Source: Adineta steineri (lineage: Eukaryota). Taken from it: a DNA stretch of 6,154 bases. The notes under the pieces are model-generated. The model had not been told where the DNA came from. It ran no database searches and saw only the letters and a program-made list of their open reading frames with translations. The translations under genes were made by a program, and so were the position numbers. The first letter of the stretch is position 1. The number at the start of each line of letters is the position of its first letter. Of the stretch, positions 5,926 through 6,154 are shown one piece after another. The stretch spans positions 337,822 through 343,975 of the forward strand of contig CAJNOG010000082.1 in the NCBI GenBank assembly GCA_905250045.1. Direction: 5' to 3'.

Positions 5926-6154
5926 CTAGATTGAATGTGAACAAAGAAGAATAAACAGATAAAAAGAGTCCACAACTTTTAGTAATTTAGAATGTAACAC
6001 ACAGTAATTCTTTGCACAAATGTCGCTGTTTCAACATCACATTCTAACATGCTGACTATGAAAAATGACTATTAATAATATCTGCTTCTATTTTTTATTC
6101 GTTCATCACGACGATCTTTTACTTAGACATGGACTGAACTCAAACGTGTGTACG

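Noticed and set aside
6020-6154. Possible further N-terminal exon of the minus-strand gene (e.g. ...GTCCATGTCTAA|GTAAAAG near 6120)
   Set aside because: No frame ending in the required phase 2 stays open to the window edge, so I could not support an exon.
1-6154. Prokaryotic TIR defence operon (Thoeris/CBASS-like)
   Set aside because: The TIR gene is interrupted by spliceosomal-type introns and neighbours are eukaryotic SHIPPO and membrane-protein genes. There is no operon structure or defence partner.

Overview
The window looks like eukaryotic, AT-rich genomic DNA with very short GT-AG introns (52-63 bp). Domain content and gene style suggest a bdelloid rotifer, but that is inference. By hand I could reassemble four multi-exon gene models whose splice phases all close. 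(1) Plus strand, 5'-truncated: a TIR-domain protein, join(<1..612,671..908,963..1603), 496 codons plus stop, with an intact SxxCxxE-type putative NADase glutamate motif. (2) and (3) Plus strand: a tandem pair of SHIPPO/ODF3-like (PGPxxY...YSFG) genes, join(1830..1887,1940..2119,2180..2391) and join(3449..3506,3559..3735,3795..4027), inside an ~0.8 kb direct duplication. (4) Minus strand, 5'-truncated: a type II membrane protein with a Thr-rich stalk and a 'NWLVNGG...DNDGCVDNIAL' beta-sandwich-like ectodomain, complement join(4509..4911,4964..5126,5369..5410,5711..5761,5825..>5925). A decayed RING-finger exon lies on the minus strand between the SHIPPO copies. The points most worth a second look are: introns and leader better conserved than one patch of coding exon 3 between the SHIPPO paralogs, a 1-nt frameshift that trims one paralog's C-terminus, in-frame intron readthrough in the other, a recurrent GGGTGTGGGT...ACCCACAC foldback motif after genes, and microexons built from CAA/ACA repeats. 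I see no prokaryotic defence operon, CRISPR array, RNA gene or complete transposon.
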